From positions 132,256 through 196,255 of the forward strand of contig JAQTYZ010000002.1 in assembly GCA_028688055.1 (NCBI GenBank): DNA of 64,000 nucleotides, written 5' to 3'. Under the pieces are notes generated by a model. That model had not been told where the DNA came from. It worked only from the letters and a program-made list of their open reading frames with translations, and searched no databases. The stretch comes from Patescibacteria group bacterium (GTDB lineage: Bacteria > Patescibacteriota > Patescibacteriia > Buchananbacterales > UBA6539). Of this stretch, positions 49,060 to 59,750 are shown in pieces (position 1 is the first letter of the stretch; every line of letters begins with the position of its first letter). The position numbers and the translations under genes are program-made.

Positions 49060-49369
49060 TTTAGGAAAAAAGTATTTAGTTGATCAGTGTAAGTCAATTG
49101 ATATTTCTGATTATTTGGGTAAGGTTAAAAATGAACTTAAACAATTGGCCATTAAGTCTCAGGCAGAGGTAGATGGTTATGAGGTGGAATTAACCACTAG
49201 TAAAATTCATTACCTGGGGCTCAGATACTGGTTTAAATGCCCTCTATGTAGCAGAAGGGCAGGCAAGCTATATAAGCACCCTATAAGCCATATTTTGGGT
49301 TGTAGACGCTGTTTAAATCTTGAATATAGGTCTAGAAGGTACAAGGGAATGGTGGAAAGCTGTAATTGA
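49037..49369 (+). CDS. hypothetical zinc-ribbon protein (element)
   Basis: C-terminal CPLCSRRAG...GCRRC four-Cys motif. The ORF-track start at 48980 overlaps the previous gene, so the internal ATG at 49037 is preferred. Confidence 0.35.
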   Translation: MKPTTPNNLGKKYLVDQCKSIDISDYLGKVKNELKQLAIKSQAEVDGYEVELTTSKIHYLGLRYWFKCPLCSRRAGKLYKHPISHILGCRRCLNLEYRSRRYKGMVESCN

Positions 49370-49436
49370 CATAATATGACAAAATGATACAATAGTTATA
49401 AGTAGATTCTAAAAATATTTATGTATTTATGTATTT

Positions 49437-50144
49437 ATGAATAAAAGTATAGGTATTATTTTAATTTTGTTAGCTGGTTTAATTCTGCTGGGGTTAGCTA
49501 GTGGTTGGAGTTTTTTTACCTGGAGATTTATGGATTACATAATAATAGCCGCTAATGTTGTGATTGGAGTAATGCTAATTAATGTTAACGATTTCAATGA
49601 TTTGAATATTAAATCTATTTTTAAAAGTAGAAAATTTAAATTTATTGTTGTAGCTTTAATTTTTATAGCAATTATTTTTTTCGTTACCATATTATCAATA
49701 GTAAAAATCAATGAAGAAAATTTAAAATGTAAATTTAATATCAGTGACGTAGTTGAGAATAGATTTCAAGAAGATAAAGATGCATATTCTGAAAAATGTG
49801 TTGGATATCAACCTCTATTTGCCACGATAGTTTGTAAAGATGGGTTTAAAAATTACCCTGCCAAACATTTAACTTATTGGGAGATCAATGGGTTATTAAA
49901 AAATAATTCTAAATATAGCCAGTATCTCAAGAGTATTGTTTTGAAAATATATACCAATGACGAAAGAAAAATTTTATTAGCAGAAAATTTTTTAGATATT
50001 AATGAATCATTAACATCAGATCAATCTTATCCTTTTCAGGTAAGAGCACAAATTAATAGAGATTCTCAAATTGGAAAATATTTTAATAAGGACGATAAAG
50101 TAAAGGTAGATATATATCCATATTTTGCGAGTTGTACATATTAA
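49437..50144 (+). CDS. hypothetical membrane protein (element)
   Basis: 235 aa. Three N-terminal TM helices plus a soluble domain. Confidence 0.4.
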   Translation: MNKSIGIILILLAGLILLGLASGWSFFTWRFMDYIIIAANVVIGVMLINVNDFNDLNIKSIFKSRKFKFIVVALIFIAIIFFVTILSIVKINEENLKCKFNISDVVENRFQEDKDAYSEKCVGYQPLFATIVCKDGFKNYPAKHLTYWEINGLLKNNSKYSQYLKSIVLKIYTNDERKILLAENFLDINESLTSDQSYPFQVRAQINRDSQIGKYFNKDDKVKVDIYPYFASCTY

Positions 50145-50491
50145 ATATGAAAAATCAAGAACTATACACTACTCAAGAGGTTGCCGATATTGTTAAAGTT
50201 CATCAGAGAACTGTGTTCCGATACATTAAAAATGGCAAGCTAAAGGCCATTAAGATGTTTGGTCAATGGAGAGTAAAAAAAGATGATTTGGATAAGCTTG
50301 CAGGTGAAAAAAATTTTTTACCCAAAAAAGGAAGTAGGATTAGGCCTAGGGAATTTATGGATATTATGGCAAGGATAGAATTAATAGATAAAGAAATTAA
50401 GAAAGAAGAGAAGCTTTATACAGTTAAACTAAATTCTCTAGAATTGGAAAAGGAATATCTCTTGAATAAAATGCAGTCGAGGAAAAAGTAG
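50132..50491 (+). CDS. excisionase-family HTH DNA-binding protein (putative recombination directionality factor)
   Basis: 119 aa. TTQEVADIVKVHQRTVFRYIKNGKLKAIKMFGQWRVKKDDL matches the helix-turn-helix_17/excisionase pattern. Lies two genes upstream of the serine recombinase. Confidence 0.6.
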   Translation: MYILNMKNQELYTTQEVADIVKVHQRTVFRYIKNGKLKAIKMFGQWRVKKDDLDKLAGEKNFLPKKGSRIRPREFMDIMARIELIDKEIKKEEKLYTVKLNSLELEKEYLLNKMQSRKK

Positions 50492-50586
50492 TAAAGAGGA
50501 TCATTTTTTTGGAACCATTTAATCTTGCAAACTTAAAGCCACTAAAACTAGTCAGTGGCGGATAACCAGAAAGGATCTAGATAGTT

Positions 50587-50967
50587 TTGTCAATAAGTTT
50601 AAAAATAAGTGATATGGAAAAAAAGAATGAATTTGATATTACTTTAACAGAGGCAAGAAATATAATGGCAGACTTTGGTAAATGTATACAGGATCATCCT
50701 GGGGGTGGCTATCAGAATCTTTTACCGCATAGTACGGATTCAATTCTCATTGCCGCATTAAAAATTATTTTAAGTGATGAAACCGACAAAGTCTATAAAG
50801 AAATTGCATCTCTGTCGTTAGTATATCTAAAAGACTTTATCCCAGACGAGAAGGAGTATAAGAAGATGGTTTTTCTAAAAGAGTCAAAAGATATTTTAAT
50901 GGATGAATCAATATCCCTAGAAGAGAGAGCTGCTAAAATGAGCAGGATAAGGAAAAAATATTTATGA
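50587..50967 (+). CDS. hypothetical protein (element)
   Basis: 126 aa. Stop overlaps the recombinase start. Confidence 0.35.
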   Translation: MSISLKISDMEKKNEFDITLTEARNIMADFGKCIQDHPGGGYQNLLPHSTDSILIAALKIILSDETDKVYKEIASLSLVYLKDFIPDEKEYKKMVFLKESKDILMDESISLEERAAKMSRIRKKYL

Positions 50968-52595
50968 AAAAAGCGGTTTATTATGCTCGTGTAAGTACTA
51001 GCCTGCAGGAAGAGAAAGGTACAATTGAAAGCCAAAAATTTGAACTTCTTAATCAGATTAAAAAAGATGGGAGTATTTTAGTTAAAGAATATATTGATAA
51101 TGGTTGGTCTGGAGGAAGATTAGATCGTCCAGCTTTAGATGAATTAAGAAATGATATTAAAACCGATCTATTTGATGTGGTTTATTTTTTAGATGCCGAC
51201 AGAATCGCTAGAGATGTAAGCTACCAAAATATAATTATTTCAGAATTATTAAAGTATAACAAAGATATAATTATCAAAGGTAAGAGCTATATTCACAATC
51301 CAGAGAATAAATTTTCACTAACTGTCCTCGGAGCTGTTAACGAGTTGGAGAAAGCAAAAATAGTTGAGAGGATGATGAGGGGTAGGAGAGAGAAAGCTAG
51401 AAGGGGAGCAATTGTTGATTCAGGCGGACTATTTGGCTATGACCATGTCAAAAAAACAGATCAAAAAGATGGGTATTATAAAATCAATGAAAAACAAGCA
51501 GAGGTTGTTAAATTTATTTATGAGACATACGCCTATGAAGATGTTAGCATTACGGGACTCATTAAAATTTTAGAAAACAAAGGCATCCAAACGGCCAGAG
51601 GTAGTAGTGTTTGGAAAGGTAGTGTTATTAGACGGATTCTGACAAATGAAAGTTATTATGGGCATCATCATTTTAATCGAACAGAAAAAGTGGAATCAGG
51701 AATAGAAAAGGAAAGGTATGCGAAGAACGCCAAAACTCTTTCAAGACTGAGGGATAAATCTGAGTGGATTTTGGTTCCAATCCCTCCCATAATTAATCAG
51801 GAGCTTTTTGATATAGTTCAGGGTAAGTTGAAAAGGAACTATAAACTCCTAAGAAATACGAACAACAAGTATCTTCTAGGGGGCGTTATAAAGTGTGGCG
51901 TTTGTGACCATACTTACTCGGGGGTTAGTTGGAAGGGAGATCAATACTATAAATGTAATTATAGAGACAAGACATACAATCATAGTAAGTTGGTTGATAT
52001 TGAAAAATGTGATAATCAGGCAATTAAGGGTGAGATGATAGACGGCTTAGTATTGGAAGAACTAAAAGAAAAAATACTAAAACCGTCTATTATTAAGAAG
52101 CATATAGACATTTTGCAAAGCTCTAAAAGCGAAGGCGCTAAGTCTTTAAACAAAGCATTTGATAAAGCAGACGCAAAACTTAAAAGTTTAGAAGTTAAAA
52201 AACAGAGGTTGTTAGATTTGTATGCTGATAATTTATTAAGCAAAGAGGACTATATAAGCAAGATTGAAGAAATTGATTTAAGCTGCAAAGAGCTTGAAGA
52301 AGAAAAAGATGATTCGACCAAAAGACTTTCCTTGTTAGATAAGAGAAAAGATATTAGAGTTAATATTAATCATTTTTGTAGACTAGCTAGGAGAAGATTT
52401 GATAAATTAGACAGAAAAGAACAAATTCGGTTCATAAAAAATATTATTGATGAAGTTATCATTTTCAAAAATGATTCTGCAAAAAAGCTAATTATTAGAG
52501 GGATTCTACCCGTATTAGCTGAGAACAATAGTCTGTCACCTCAGTATTATACAGGCTATGGGGGTGGCGTTGGTTGGCGGCGGCACTTGGCCTAA
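50964..52595 (+). CDS. large serine recombinase (integrase)
   Basis: 543 aa. Resolvase catalytic domain (AVYYARVSTSLQEE). Recombinase domain. Zn-ribbon (CGVCDH...CNYRDK). Coiled coil. The ORF crosses the right junction into comM sequence (..GYGGGVGWRRHLA). Confidence 0.9.
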   Translation: MKKAVYYARVSTSLQEEKGTIESQKFELLNQIKKDGSILVKEYIDNGWSGGRLDRPALDELRNDIKTDLFDVVYFLDADRIARDVSYQNIIISELLKYNKDIIIKGKSYIHNPENKFSLTVLGAVNELEKAKIVERMMRGRREKARRGAIVDSGGLFGYDHVKKTDQKDGYYKINEKQAEVVKFIYETYAYEDVSITGLIKILENKGIQTARGSSVWKGSVIRRILTNESYYGHHHFNRTEKVESGIEKERYAKNAKTLSRLRDKSEWILVPIPPIINQELFDIVQGKLKRNYKLLRNTNNKYLLGGVIKCGVCDHTYSGVSWKGDQYYKCNYRDKTYNHSKLVDIEKCDNQAIKGEMIDGLVLEELKEKILKPSIIKKHIDILQSSKSEGAKSLNKAFDKADAKLKSLEVKKQRLLDLYADNLLSKEDYISKIEEIDLSCKELEEEKDDSTKRLSLLDKRKDIRVNINHFCRLARRRFDKLDRKEQIRFIKNIIDEVIIFKNDSAKKLIIRGILPVLAENNSLSPQYYTGYGGGVGWRRHLA

Positions 52596-53244
52596 ACCGG
52601 GAGAAATTTCTTTGGCCCACCGCGGGATCTTGTTTCTCGATGAATTTCCAGAATTTCCTAGGTCCGTGCTGGAAAATCTGCGTCAACCGCTCGAGGATGG
52701 AGTAATTAATGTCTCTCGGGCCACTGGTACGTTACAATTTCCGGCCAAGTTTGTTTTAATTGGTGCGATGAATCCTTGCCCCTGTGGTTATTTAACTGAT
52801 ACGGAAAGACAATGCGTCTGTTTACCTGGGCAGATCATCAAGTACCAAAAGAAAATATCCGGCCCGCTGCTGGACCGTATCGATTTGCACGTCGAAGTGC
52901 CCAAGGTCAATTTTGATAAATTGACCGAAGAAACGTTAGCGGAAGATTCAGTTAGTATTCGCCAGCGGGTTGAGGCTGCTCGGCAGTTACAGATTGAACG
53001 GTTTAAGTGTATTGGCGTTGTCGCTAATGCTGAACTGTCTTCAAAACAGACCAGTGAATTTTGCCAAATTGATGACAAATCGCTGCAGCTTTTAAAGCGA
53101 GCGGTCAGCCACTTTGGCTTGTCGGCTCGCTCCTATTTTCGAATTTTTAAATTAGCTAGAACCATCGCTGACTTGGGGGCCAAGGAAAGTATTGAGTTTG
53201 ATCACGTGGCCGAGGCGTTACAATATCGTCCTAAGGCTGATTAG
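52558..53244 (+). pseudogene. comM: comM/yifB C-terminal fragment (downstream of insertion)
   Basis: Resumes GVALVGGGTWPKPGEISLAHRGILFLDEFPEF (Walker B / sensor regions) through the C-terminal Mg-chelatase domain. Confidence 0.8.
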
Positions 53245-53341
53245 TCAGCCGTTGACAAATTGGTAAAATATTGTTTAGCTCTCTTGTGAACTAATTATAT
53301 ATTTGATATTATTAAACTATTAATTAATAGTAACTAAAACT

Positions 53342-53872
53342 ATGAGTCCAACTACGAGTCCACAGCCGACTCCGATGACCAAACCAATGAACATTTGGGT
53401 AATCATCAGTATTGTCCTTGCCATTGCTTTAATTGGCGTCAGCGTTTACGCTTTTGGTCCGCTAAAATCAACTAAGGGTGATAATATGGTCGTCAAGTCA
53501 TCTGATCAGGCCAGCTCTGATTTGATCAGTTTTATCAATCAAGTTTACGGTGCCCAGGTCGGTAATGCGACGCTGAAGAGTACAACCGAGAAAAGTGGCT
53601 TATATGAAATAGCCCTGTCGATTTCAACTAATGGTCAGCCAACCGATCAGACCGTCTATGTTACTAAGGATGGAAAATATTTCATTCCTCAAGTTATTGA
53701 TATCGCTGACGTTACTAAGCAGTTCCAGACTTATCAGCAACAACAGCAACAGGGTGGAGCTAACGTTAATGCCAACGTCAATGCTGTCAATACTAATGCG
53801 AATGTTAATGTAGATACTAACGCTAATACTAACACCGCACCATCCCCAACCCAGCCTGACCCTACTAAATAA
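53342..53872 (+). CDS. hypothetical secreted/membrane-anchored protein with low-complexity tail
   Basis: 176 aa. N-terminal TM/signal anchor. C-terminal NVNANVNAVNTNANVNVDTNANTNT repeats. Terminator at 53886-53912. Confidence 0.5.
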   Translation: MSPTTSPQPTPMTKPMNIWVIISIVLAIALIGVSVYAFGPLKSTKGDNMVVKSSDQASSDLISFINQVYGAQVGNATLKSTTEKSGLYEIALSISTNGQPTDQTVYVTKDGKYFIPQVIDIADVTKQFQTYQQQQQQGGANVNANVNAVNTNANVNVDTNANTNTAPSPTQPDPTK

Positions 53873-54154
53873 TCAGTATTTTAAAAAGCCCCGCTCAACC
53901 GCGGGGCTTTTGTTTTACGGCCAAATTTAATATTTACTAGCGTTAAGGTATGAATAAATTTTAATTAGTGATTGTGCTTGATTATTTCTACCAAGCAGCC
54001 TTGTAAGTTTGGCTTAAGCAATCAAGACAATTTACTCGTTAGAGTATTAGATCGTAATACTACGGGCGAACCGATTACTAATGTTGAATTAGTTAGTTGC
54101 AAGTTAGTAAATTAAAACCAATAAAAAAACATTCTTGAAGTTAAGAATGTTTTT

Positions 54155-55351
54155 TTATTTGACGTAATACAATGGATTGCGCCGAACCGAACCAGTGCGA
54201 ACTTCAAAGTGAAGATGAGGCCCCGTCGAATGTCCGGTTGTTCCCATGGCAGCAATTAAGTCGCCTTGGTGAACGTAATCACCAACACCGTAGTAGATTT
54301 TACTTAAGTGGCCATATAACGATTGAATACCATTGCCATGATCAATGATGATCATTAAACCATAACCACCATTATAGCCACCTTGGGCTTTGATGATTTT
54401 TCCGGCGTCAGCGGCATAAATTTTATGACCCATACCGCAAGCAATATCAATACCGGTATGACCTAAGTGGAAATATTGGGTGATTCGTCGACAATCGGTT
54501 GGCCAAGTCATTTTGCCCGAGGATGTCACTGGTTTTGTCTGAGTCGCTTTTGGTGGCTTATAACTTGGGGCCGTATAGCTAACAATCGGCGCGGTTGCGA
54601 TAATTTTGGCGCCGCCCGGGATCATTAATGATTCGCCGATCTTAATATCATTGGCCGAAGCCAATTTGTTATAATCAAGAATTTTATCAATGTCGATACC
54701 ATATTTTTTGGCAATTGAGGCCACGGTTTCGCCGCGCGCGACTTTATGTCGAACGCCGGAAACCGGTAAAATTGTAAGCTTATCACCCGGTCTGATTAAG
54801 CTATAACCGGTTAGATTGTTCTCCCACAAGATGGTGTTAATGGTGGTAGCAAATTTATCGGCAATTTGTGAAATGGTATCGCCTTGTTCAACAACATATA
54901 TAATCGTTTCGTTACGATTTCTTAAGGCTTCTTCGGCCGGGGATAAAATTGGCTGAACCAGAGCGTTACCGCTAACACTTGGCGGCGGTGTTTCACCGTT
55001 TTGTTCGACAATTTGCGATTTACTTTCAATCGCCGTTTGGCCCAAATATCTGGTAATTTTTTTGGTGGTGGTGATTGGCCCTTCCGTTTCGATTACCCCG
55101 TAATCATTTTCGGAAACTAAGGCTGCGACGACGCTGGATTGATCGAACTCGTCGCTGCGGTTTTCGTAAGCATTAAGATTGGCCGCGATGGTAGACAAGG
55201 CCATTAGAATAATAATCAGATGAGTTAAGAACCGCCGCGAAAAAGGGTGGATGAGTTTGTGTCTGATTTTTTGTGGCGAATAAAATTTCGTGGCAATTTT
55301 TTTTAGGTTTACTGTTACTTTATAAAGGGGCAGAATAATTGCCAATAACAA
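54155..55351 (-). CDS. LysM-domain M23-family peptidoglycan metalloendopeptidase
   Basis: 398 aa. Two LysM repeats. C-terminal M23 motifs (HTGIDIA..., GHLHFEV). Confidence 0.85.
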   Translation of the reverse strand: MLLAIILPLYKVTVNLKKIATKFYSPQKIRHKLIHPFSRRFLTHLIIILMALSTIAANLNAYENRSDEFDQSSVVAALVSENDYGVIETEGPITTTKKITRYLGQTAIESKSQIVEQNGETPPPSVSGNALVQPILSPAEEALRNRNETIIYVVEQGDTISQIADKFATTINTILWENNLTGYSLIRPGDKLTILPVSGVRHKVARGETVASIAKKYGIDIDKILDYNKLASANDIKIGESLMIPGGAKIIATAPIVSYTAPSYKPPKATQTKPVTSSGKMTWPTDCRRITQYFHLGHTGIDIACGMGHKIYAADAGKIIKAQGGYNGGYGLMIIIDHGNGIQSLYGHLSKIYYGVGDYVHQGDLIAAMGTTGHSTGPHLHFEVRTGSVRRNPLYYVK

Positions 55352-55616
55352 AAAACGCCCAACCTTGCCGAGCGGCTTAAGTGCAACCTTGATGAGTTTC
55401 GGATTCTTTTCTTTCCAACTAGCTAAGCCGCGAAGAATGTTGGCTATGATCTTAATTAACCAAATTTTTACTTTTACTTTAATATGGTTAAAAGATTATT
55501 TTAACACCCCTAAGCTTTATTTTCGATACTAATATAAATACCATGATATCGGGTCAATGTCAATTGATGTTGTACTGAAAATATGGTAGATTGTCAATAA
55601 TAATTTAACTATCTTT

Positions 55617-56678
55617 ATGGATAATAATTTACTGGTCGGCATCATTGCGGTTTTGGTTGTCGGGTTATTCTTAGTCATTTTTTGGTTTGGAAAAAAAGTT
55701 TCCGATCTCAGCGGTAAAAAAGGAGCTGATCAGTCAATGTTGATGCTGCAAGGGCAGATTAATGAGATTACCAAAACTTTAGACAATAAGCTGGGGCAAA
55801 CCACCGAAGCCATTCAGCGACATTCCGACCAGAATCTAAATATCATCAAAACTTTAACTCAGGAACTAACCAGTCTGCGGGAAACCAATAAGCAGGTGAT
55901 GGGGGTTCAGGATCAAATCAAAAATTTAGAGCGCGTTTTGACTAGTCAAAAACAACGGGGCAATTTAGGGGAAGCGGGTTTGCAATTGGTTTTGGAAAAT
56001 ATTTTGCCGCCGACGGCTTTCAAAATTCAGTATAAGTTTGACGATGGTGATATTGTTGATGCGGCCATTTTTACCAAAGACGGCATTATTCCGGTTGACG
56101 CGAAGTTTTCGCTTGAGAACTATTCGCGCATTATTGACGAAGGGGATGAAACGCGCCGACTGGTTTTAGAGAATGATTTTAAAAATGATTTAAAAAAGCG
56201 AATTGATGAGACGAGCAAATATATCAAGCCCAGCCAGGGGACGTTAGATTTTGCTTTTATGTTTATTCCCGCCGAAGCAATTTACTACGATTTGCTGGTT
56301 AACGAAATCGGGGCGGTTAAGGTTAATACGCGCAACTTGGTTGATTATGCCTTTCGGGCGAAAAAGGTCATTATTGTTTCGCCAACCACTTTTGCCGCTT
56401 ATCTGCAGACTGTTTTGCAAGGGCTCAATGCGTTAAATCTGGAAAAGAAGACCCAGCAAATAATTAAAAATGTTGAATTATTACAGCGACATTTAGCTGC
56501 CTATGATGAGTACACCAAAAAATTAGGTAATAATTTGGCCACCGTGGTTAACACTTATAATACATCTCAAAGTGAATTGAAAAAAATCGATAAAGATGTC
56601 GTCAAAATTTCCGGTGTTGATGAGACCATCGAACCATTGCGAATTGATCGACCTAAGTCGGGAGTAGATTATGATTGA
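55617..56678 (+). CDS. rmuC: DNA recombination protein RmuC
   Basis: 353 aa. N-terminal TM helix, coiled coils, C-terminal RmuC-family region (DFAFMFIPAEAIYYDLL...IIVSPTTFAAYLQTV). Confidence 0.7.
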   Translation: MDNNLLVGIIAVLVVGLFLVIFWFGKKVSDLSGKKGADQSMLMLQGQINEITKTLDNKLGQTTEAIQRHSDQNLNIIKTLTQELTSLRETNKQVMGVQDQIKNLERVLTSQKQRGNLGEAGLQLVLENILPPTAFKIQYKFDDGDIVDAAIFTKDGIIPVDAKFSLENYSRIIDEGDETRRLVLENDFKNDLKKRIDETSKYIKPSQGTLDFAFMFIPAEAIYYDLLVNEIGAVKVNTRNLVDYAFRAKKVIIVSPTTFAAYLQTVLQGLNALNLEKKTQQIIKNVELLQRHLAAYDEYTKKLGNNLATVVNTYNTSQSELKKIDKDVVKISGVDETIEPLRIDRPKSGVDYD

Positions 56679-57621
56679 GCTTAGTCATAATCAGCAAGCC
56701 ATTTTAAAAACCTTGGCCTATTTTGATATTTTTGATTATCCTTTAACCTGGCTGGAAATTTACCGCTGGCTCTGGCAGCCAAGCGAGCTATATTTGAGTT
56801 CAGACTTGCTGGCTGATTTACAACTGCTAATATCGGAAAATATCATTGAGCAGAAGTTTGGGTTATATTTTTTACCCCAGCGTGTTGGCATCATCTCAGT
56901 TCGCTATGATCGTTATCAGTTCGCGGAAAAAAAATTTGCGATTGCAAAAAAAGTGGCGCGGTGGTTTTCGACGGTTCCTTTCATTGAAATGATTGCCGTT
57001 TGTAATAATGTCAGTTACAACAACGGCTCCGCGAAAAGTGATATTGATTTTTTTGTTGTTGTCAAAAATGGGCGGCTTTATTTTACGCGCGCGATTGTCA
57101 CTGTTTTAGCTAATGCTTTGGGTTTGCGCCGCCATGGTGCTAAAATCAGCAACCGTGTTTGTTTAAGTTTTTATATTATTGATACTGAACTTGATCTTAG
57201 TGATATTGCCATTGCTGACCCGGACCCATATTTGATCTATTGGTCCGCGACGCTTTTTCCAATTTTTAATAATGATGTTTATCATAAATTTTTGGCAAGC
57301 AACGCTTGGCTAAAAAAATATCTGCCTCATTTTAATGGTGTGGAGGCCAACGGCCGCCGCTTCGCCAGCCGTTATAAAATGGCCGCCAGCTCGCAGGCTT
57401 TGGGTCGTTGGATTTTTGGTGGTCGCTTAGGTGACGCGGCTGAAAAAATAGCTAGATTGATTCAGTTGACTAAAATGTCCTATAATAAAAAGAGTGTCGC
57501 CACCCAACCAAATACCAAGGTGGTCATCTCGGAACGGATGCTTAAGTTTCATGAAAATGATCGCCGGCTGGAATATGCCAATCGCTGGTACCAATCATGC
57601 GCTAATTTGAAAATTTTGTGA
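56671..57621 (+). CDS. nucleotidyltransferase-fold protein (hypothetical)
   Basis: 316 aa. NGSAKSDIDFFVV resembles the G-S...D-x-D nucleotidyltransferase motif. Confidence 0.45.
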   Translation: MIELSHNQQAILKTLAYFDIFDYPLTWLEIYRWLWQPSELYLSSDLLADLQLLISENIIEQKFGLYFLPQRVGIISVRYDRYQFAEKKFAIAKKVARWFSTVPFIEMIAVCNNVSYNNGSAKSDIDFFVVVKNGRLYFTRAIVTVLANALGLRRHGAKISNRVCLSFYIIDTELDLSDIAIADPDPYLIYWSATLFPIFNNDVYHKFLASNAWLKKYLPHFNGVEANGRRFASRYKMAASSQALGRWIFGGRLGDAAEKIARLIQLTKMSYNKKSVATQPNTKVVISERMLKFHENDRRLEYANRWYQSCANLKIL

Positions 57622-58256
57622 ACAATTTTTTAAACAGCAAAAAAAATTATCTCGTCTTTACTTTTACTGTTGTCTATTTGGCTGCCTTTACTTTTAACAG
57701 TATTATTAACGCCAATTATGAGTTCCTTTATTATACTTTCTTAATTTCATTTATCATTTATTTAATTTTTACCATTCACCAGAAACTCCATCTGGCTTTT
57801 TTTATTTTGATTAACTTATCATTGATGGGTTTTTTTCATTTGCTCGGTGGCAATTTTTATCTGCACGGCAACGTCAGGCTTTATGATTATTATATCATCC
57901 CCGGTATTTTCCGCTATGATAATTTTGTCCATACTTATGGCGCGTTTATTGGCACTTTGACGTTATACAGTTTGTTAAACTTAGTCTTTGATGAAAGGGT
58001 TAAAAAAAGATACTTTATTTTTTCCTTTATTTTGGTGTTGATGGCGATGGGGATGGGAACCATTGTCGAAATTGTTGAATTTATTGGCGCGATGACATTC
58101 AACGCCTGGGATCAAGTTGGTGATTATACTAACAATGCTTTGGATCTCGTGTTCAATACGCTGGGGGCTATTTTAGCCGCGACGGTAATTTATTTCTATC
58201 GTAACCCACCTAATTTTATTCGCAAGATTAATGCTCAGCCTCTCAAGGATAATTAA
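57618..58256 (+). CDS. hypothetical polytopic membrane protein
   Basis: 212 aa, 5-6 TM helices. Confidence 0.4.
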   Translation: MNNFLNSKKNYLVFTFTVVYLAAFTFNSIINANYEFLYYTFLISFIIYLIFTIHQKLHLAFFILINLSLMGFFHLLGGNFYLHGNVRLYDYYIIPGIFRYDNFVHTYGAFIGTLTLYSLLNLVFDERVKKRYFIFSFILVLMAMGMGTIVEIVEFIGAMTFNAWDQVGDYTNNALDLVFNTLGAILAATVIYFYRNPPNFIRKINAQPLKDN

Positions 58257-59589
58257 ATTTGGTTTTTATACTTTGTTGTTTTTTTTGCCCTGGCAAACGC
58301 GTCTCATTTGGCAGGATGCTTTTTTAAATGGCTTTGTGTGGGAATATGGAAGAATGAGCTTGTATGGCACGGAAATTTTATTGTGGCTACTTTTATTGTG
58401 TTATGCGGCCTGGCTTTTTTCAGTTCATCCCAAGCCAAGTTTTAGTTTAGAGTTTTTTTTTCATGGGCTTAAAAAACCAGCCGTGATAATTTATGGGTTG
58501 GTGGTGTTATTTTTATTATTTGCCGCGGTTTCAATGACTTGGTCGGTTGATCGGAGTTTGGCTTGGTATGGTTGGGTTAGGTTAGTTGAGGCCATTGCCT
58601 TAATGTCTTTAGTTGTCGTTTTTAAGCCAAAAGTTAGCCGTGACGAGATTACGTTTTCGGGCCTGGCTTTTGTTTGGGTTTTATCATCGTCGCTCCAGAG
58701 TATTTTTGCCAGCTGGCAATTTTTTAGCCAATACACTTTTGCTAATAAATGGTTGGGGCTCGCTTCCCATTTTCCTAACATTAGCGGTTCAATAATTTTA
58801 CAAACTTCAAATGAGCGCTGGCTGCGGGCTTATGGTAGCCTTCCTCATCCCAATATTTTGGGTGGATTTTTGGCGGCTGGATTATTTTTTTTAATTTTTC
58901 TGGCCTTTGAAAACGCCAGTCGTCGTCGTCGAATTTTTGTGGCCACTAATTTAATTATCATTTTGCCGGCCTTGTTTTTTAGTTTTTCGCGTTCCGCGTG
59001 GCTGGCGTTAATTACTGGTCTCTTTATTTTCGGTGGTTGGTTTATCAAAAAACCGAGTGGCTTTGAGAAAAATTATTTCGCCAAAATTTTATTTTTAGTG
59101 GTCCTACTTATTGCTATCCTCGCTTTTAATTTAGTTGACCCGCTCCTGACGAGACTGGAGGGGATAGAACCCAACGAAGTTGACTCAATCCAACAACGCT
59201 TAACTTATTCCGAACAAGCCCTGCAATTAATTTCGCAGCGGCCACTGAGCGGTTATGGTATCAATAATTACACCTTGGCTATTGATCGTAATATTGATTC
59301 GACCTGGCCGGGGTATTATTATCAGCCGGTTCATAATATTTATTTATTGGCCTTCACTGAACTCGGTTTGATCGGTGGATCTATTTTCACGCTGTTAATA
59401 TTTTTATTACTTTTTTATTCCTTTAAATATCTCAACAACCTCGAAACGGTAACGGCCTTTAGCTTGCTGTTAGGTGCTTTGATTATTGGCCTGGTGGATC
59501 ATTATTTTTGGACATTGTACTGTGGTCTGCTATTTTTTTGGTTGATTGTCGGAATAAATATCCGTCTGATTAATGCTGAAAAAAAATAG
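58231..59589 (+). CDS. O-antigen ligase/polymerase (Wzy_C)-like membrane protein
   Basis: 452 aa, ~12 TM helices. FSFSRSAWLAL resembles the Wzy_C SRgawla motif. Confidence 0.5.
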   Translation: MLSLSRIIKFGFYTLLFFLPWQTRLIWQDAFLNGFVWEYGRMSLYGTEILLWLLLLCYAAWLFSVHPKPSFSLEFFFHGLKKPAVIIYGLVVLFLLFAAVSMTWSVDRSLAWYGWVRLVEAIALMSLVVVFKPKVSRDEITFSGLAFVWVLSSSLQSIFASWQFFSQYTFANKWLGLASHFPNISGSIILQTSNERWLRAYGSLPHPNILGGFLAAGLFFLIFLAFENASRRRRIFVATNLIIILPALFFSFSRSAWLALITGLFIFGGWFIKKPSGFEKNYFAKILFLVVLLIAILAFNLVDPLLTRLEGIEPNEVDSIQQRLTYSEQALQLISQRPLSGYGINNYTLAIDRNIDSTWPGYYYQPVHNIYLLAFTELGLIGGSIFTLLIFLLLFYSFKYLNNLETVTAFSLLLGALIIGLVDHYFWTLYCGLLFFWLIVGINIRLINAEKK

Positions 59590-59750
59590 CTTTACTCTCT
59601 GTTTTTTCCGCCCAGCTGATTATCGCTTGGGCTGATTGACATCACTTGACAGTCATCTTAAAATAATTTAACCTGATAGGTAGCTAGCACTCTATAATTT
59701 AGAGTGCTAATTATGTCCAATGTTTAATAATAATTTAAGGAGCTAAAGCT

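Larger units (their letters stand above)
43200..52580 (+). mobile_element. ~9.4-kb integrative element inserted in comM (large serine recombinase + excisionase-family HTH + replication NTPase + regulators + HEPN-motif cargo)
   Basis: Splits comM into 42351..43217 and 52558..53244. All 12-13 element ORFs are co-oriented. GC is ~30-33%, below the flanks. Imperfect direct repeat GG(C/G)GTGGCG at both junctions. Element-side inverted repeats TGTATAATA / TATTATACA. Confidence 0.8.
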
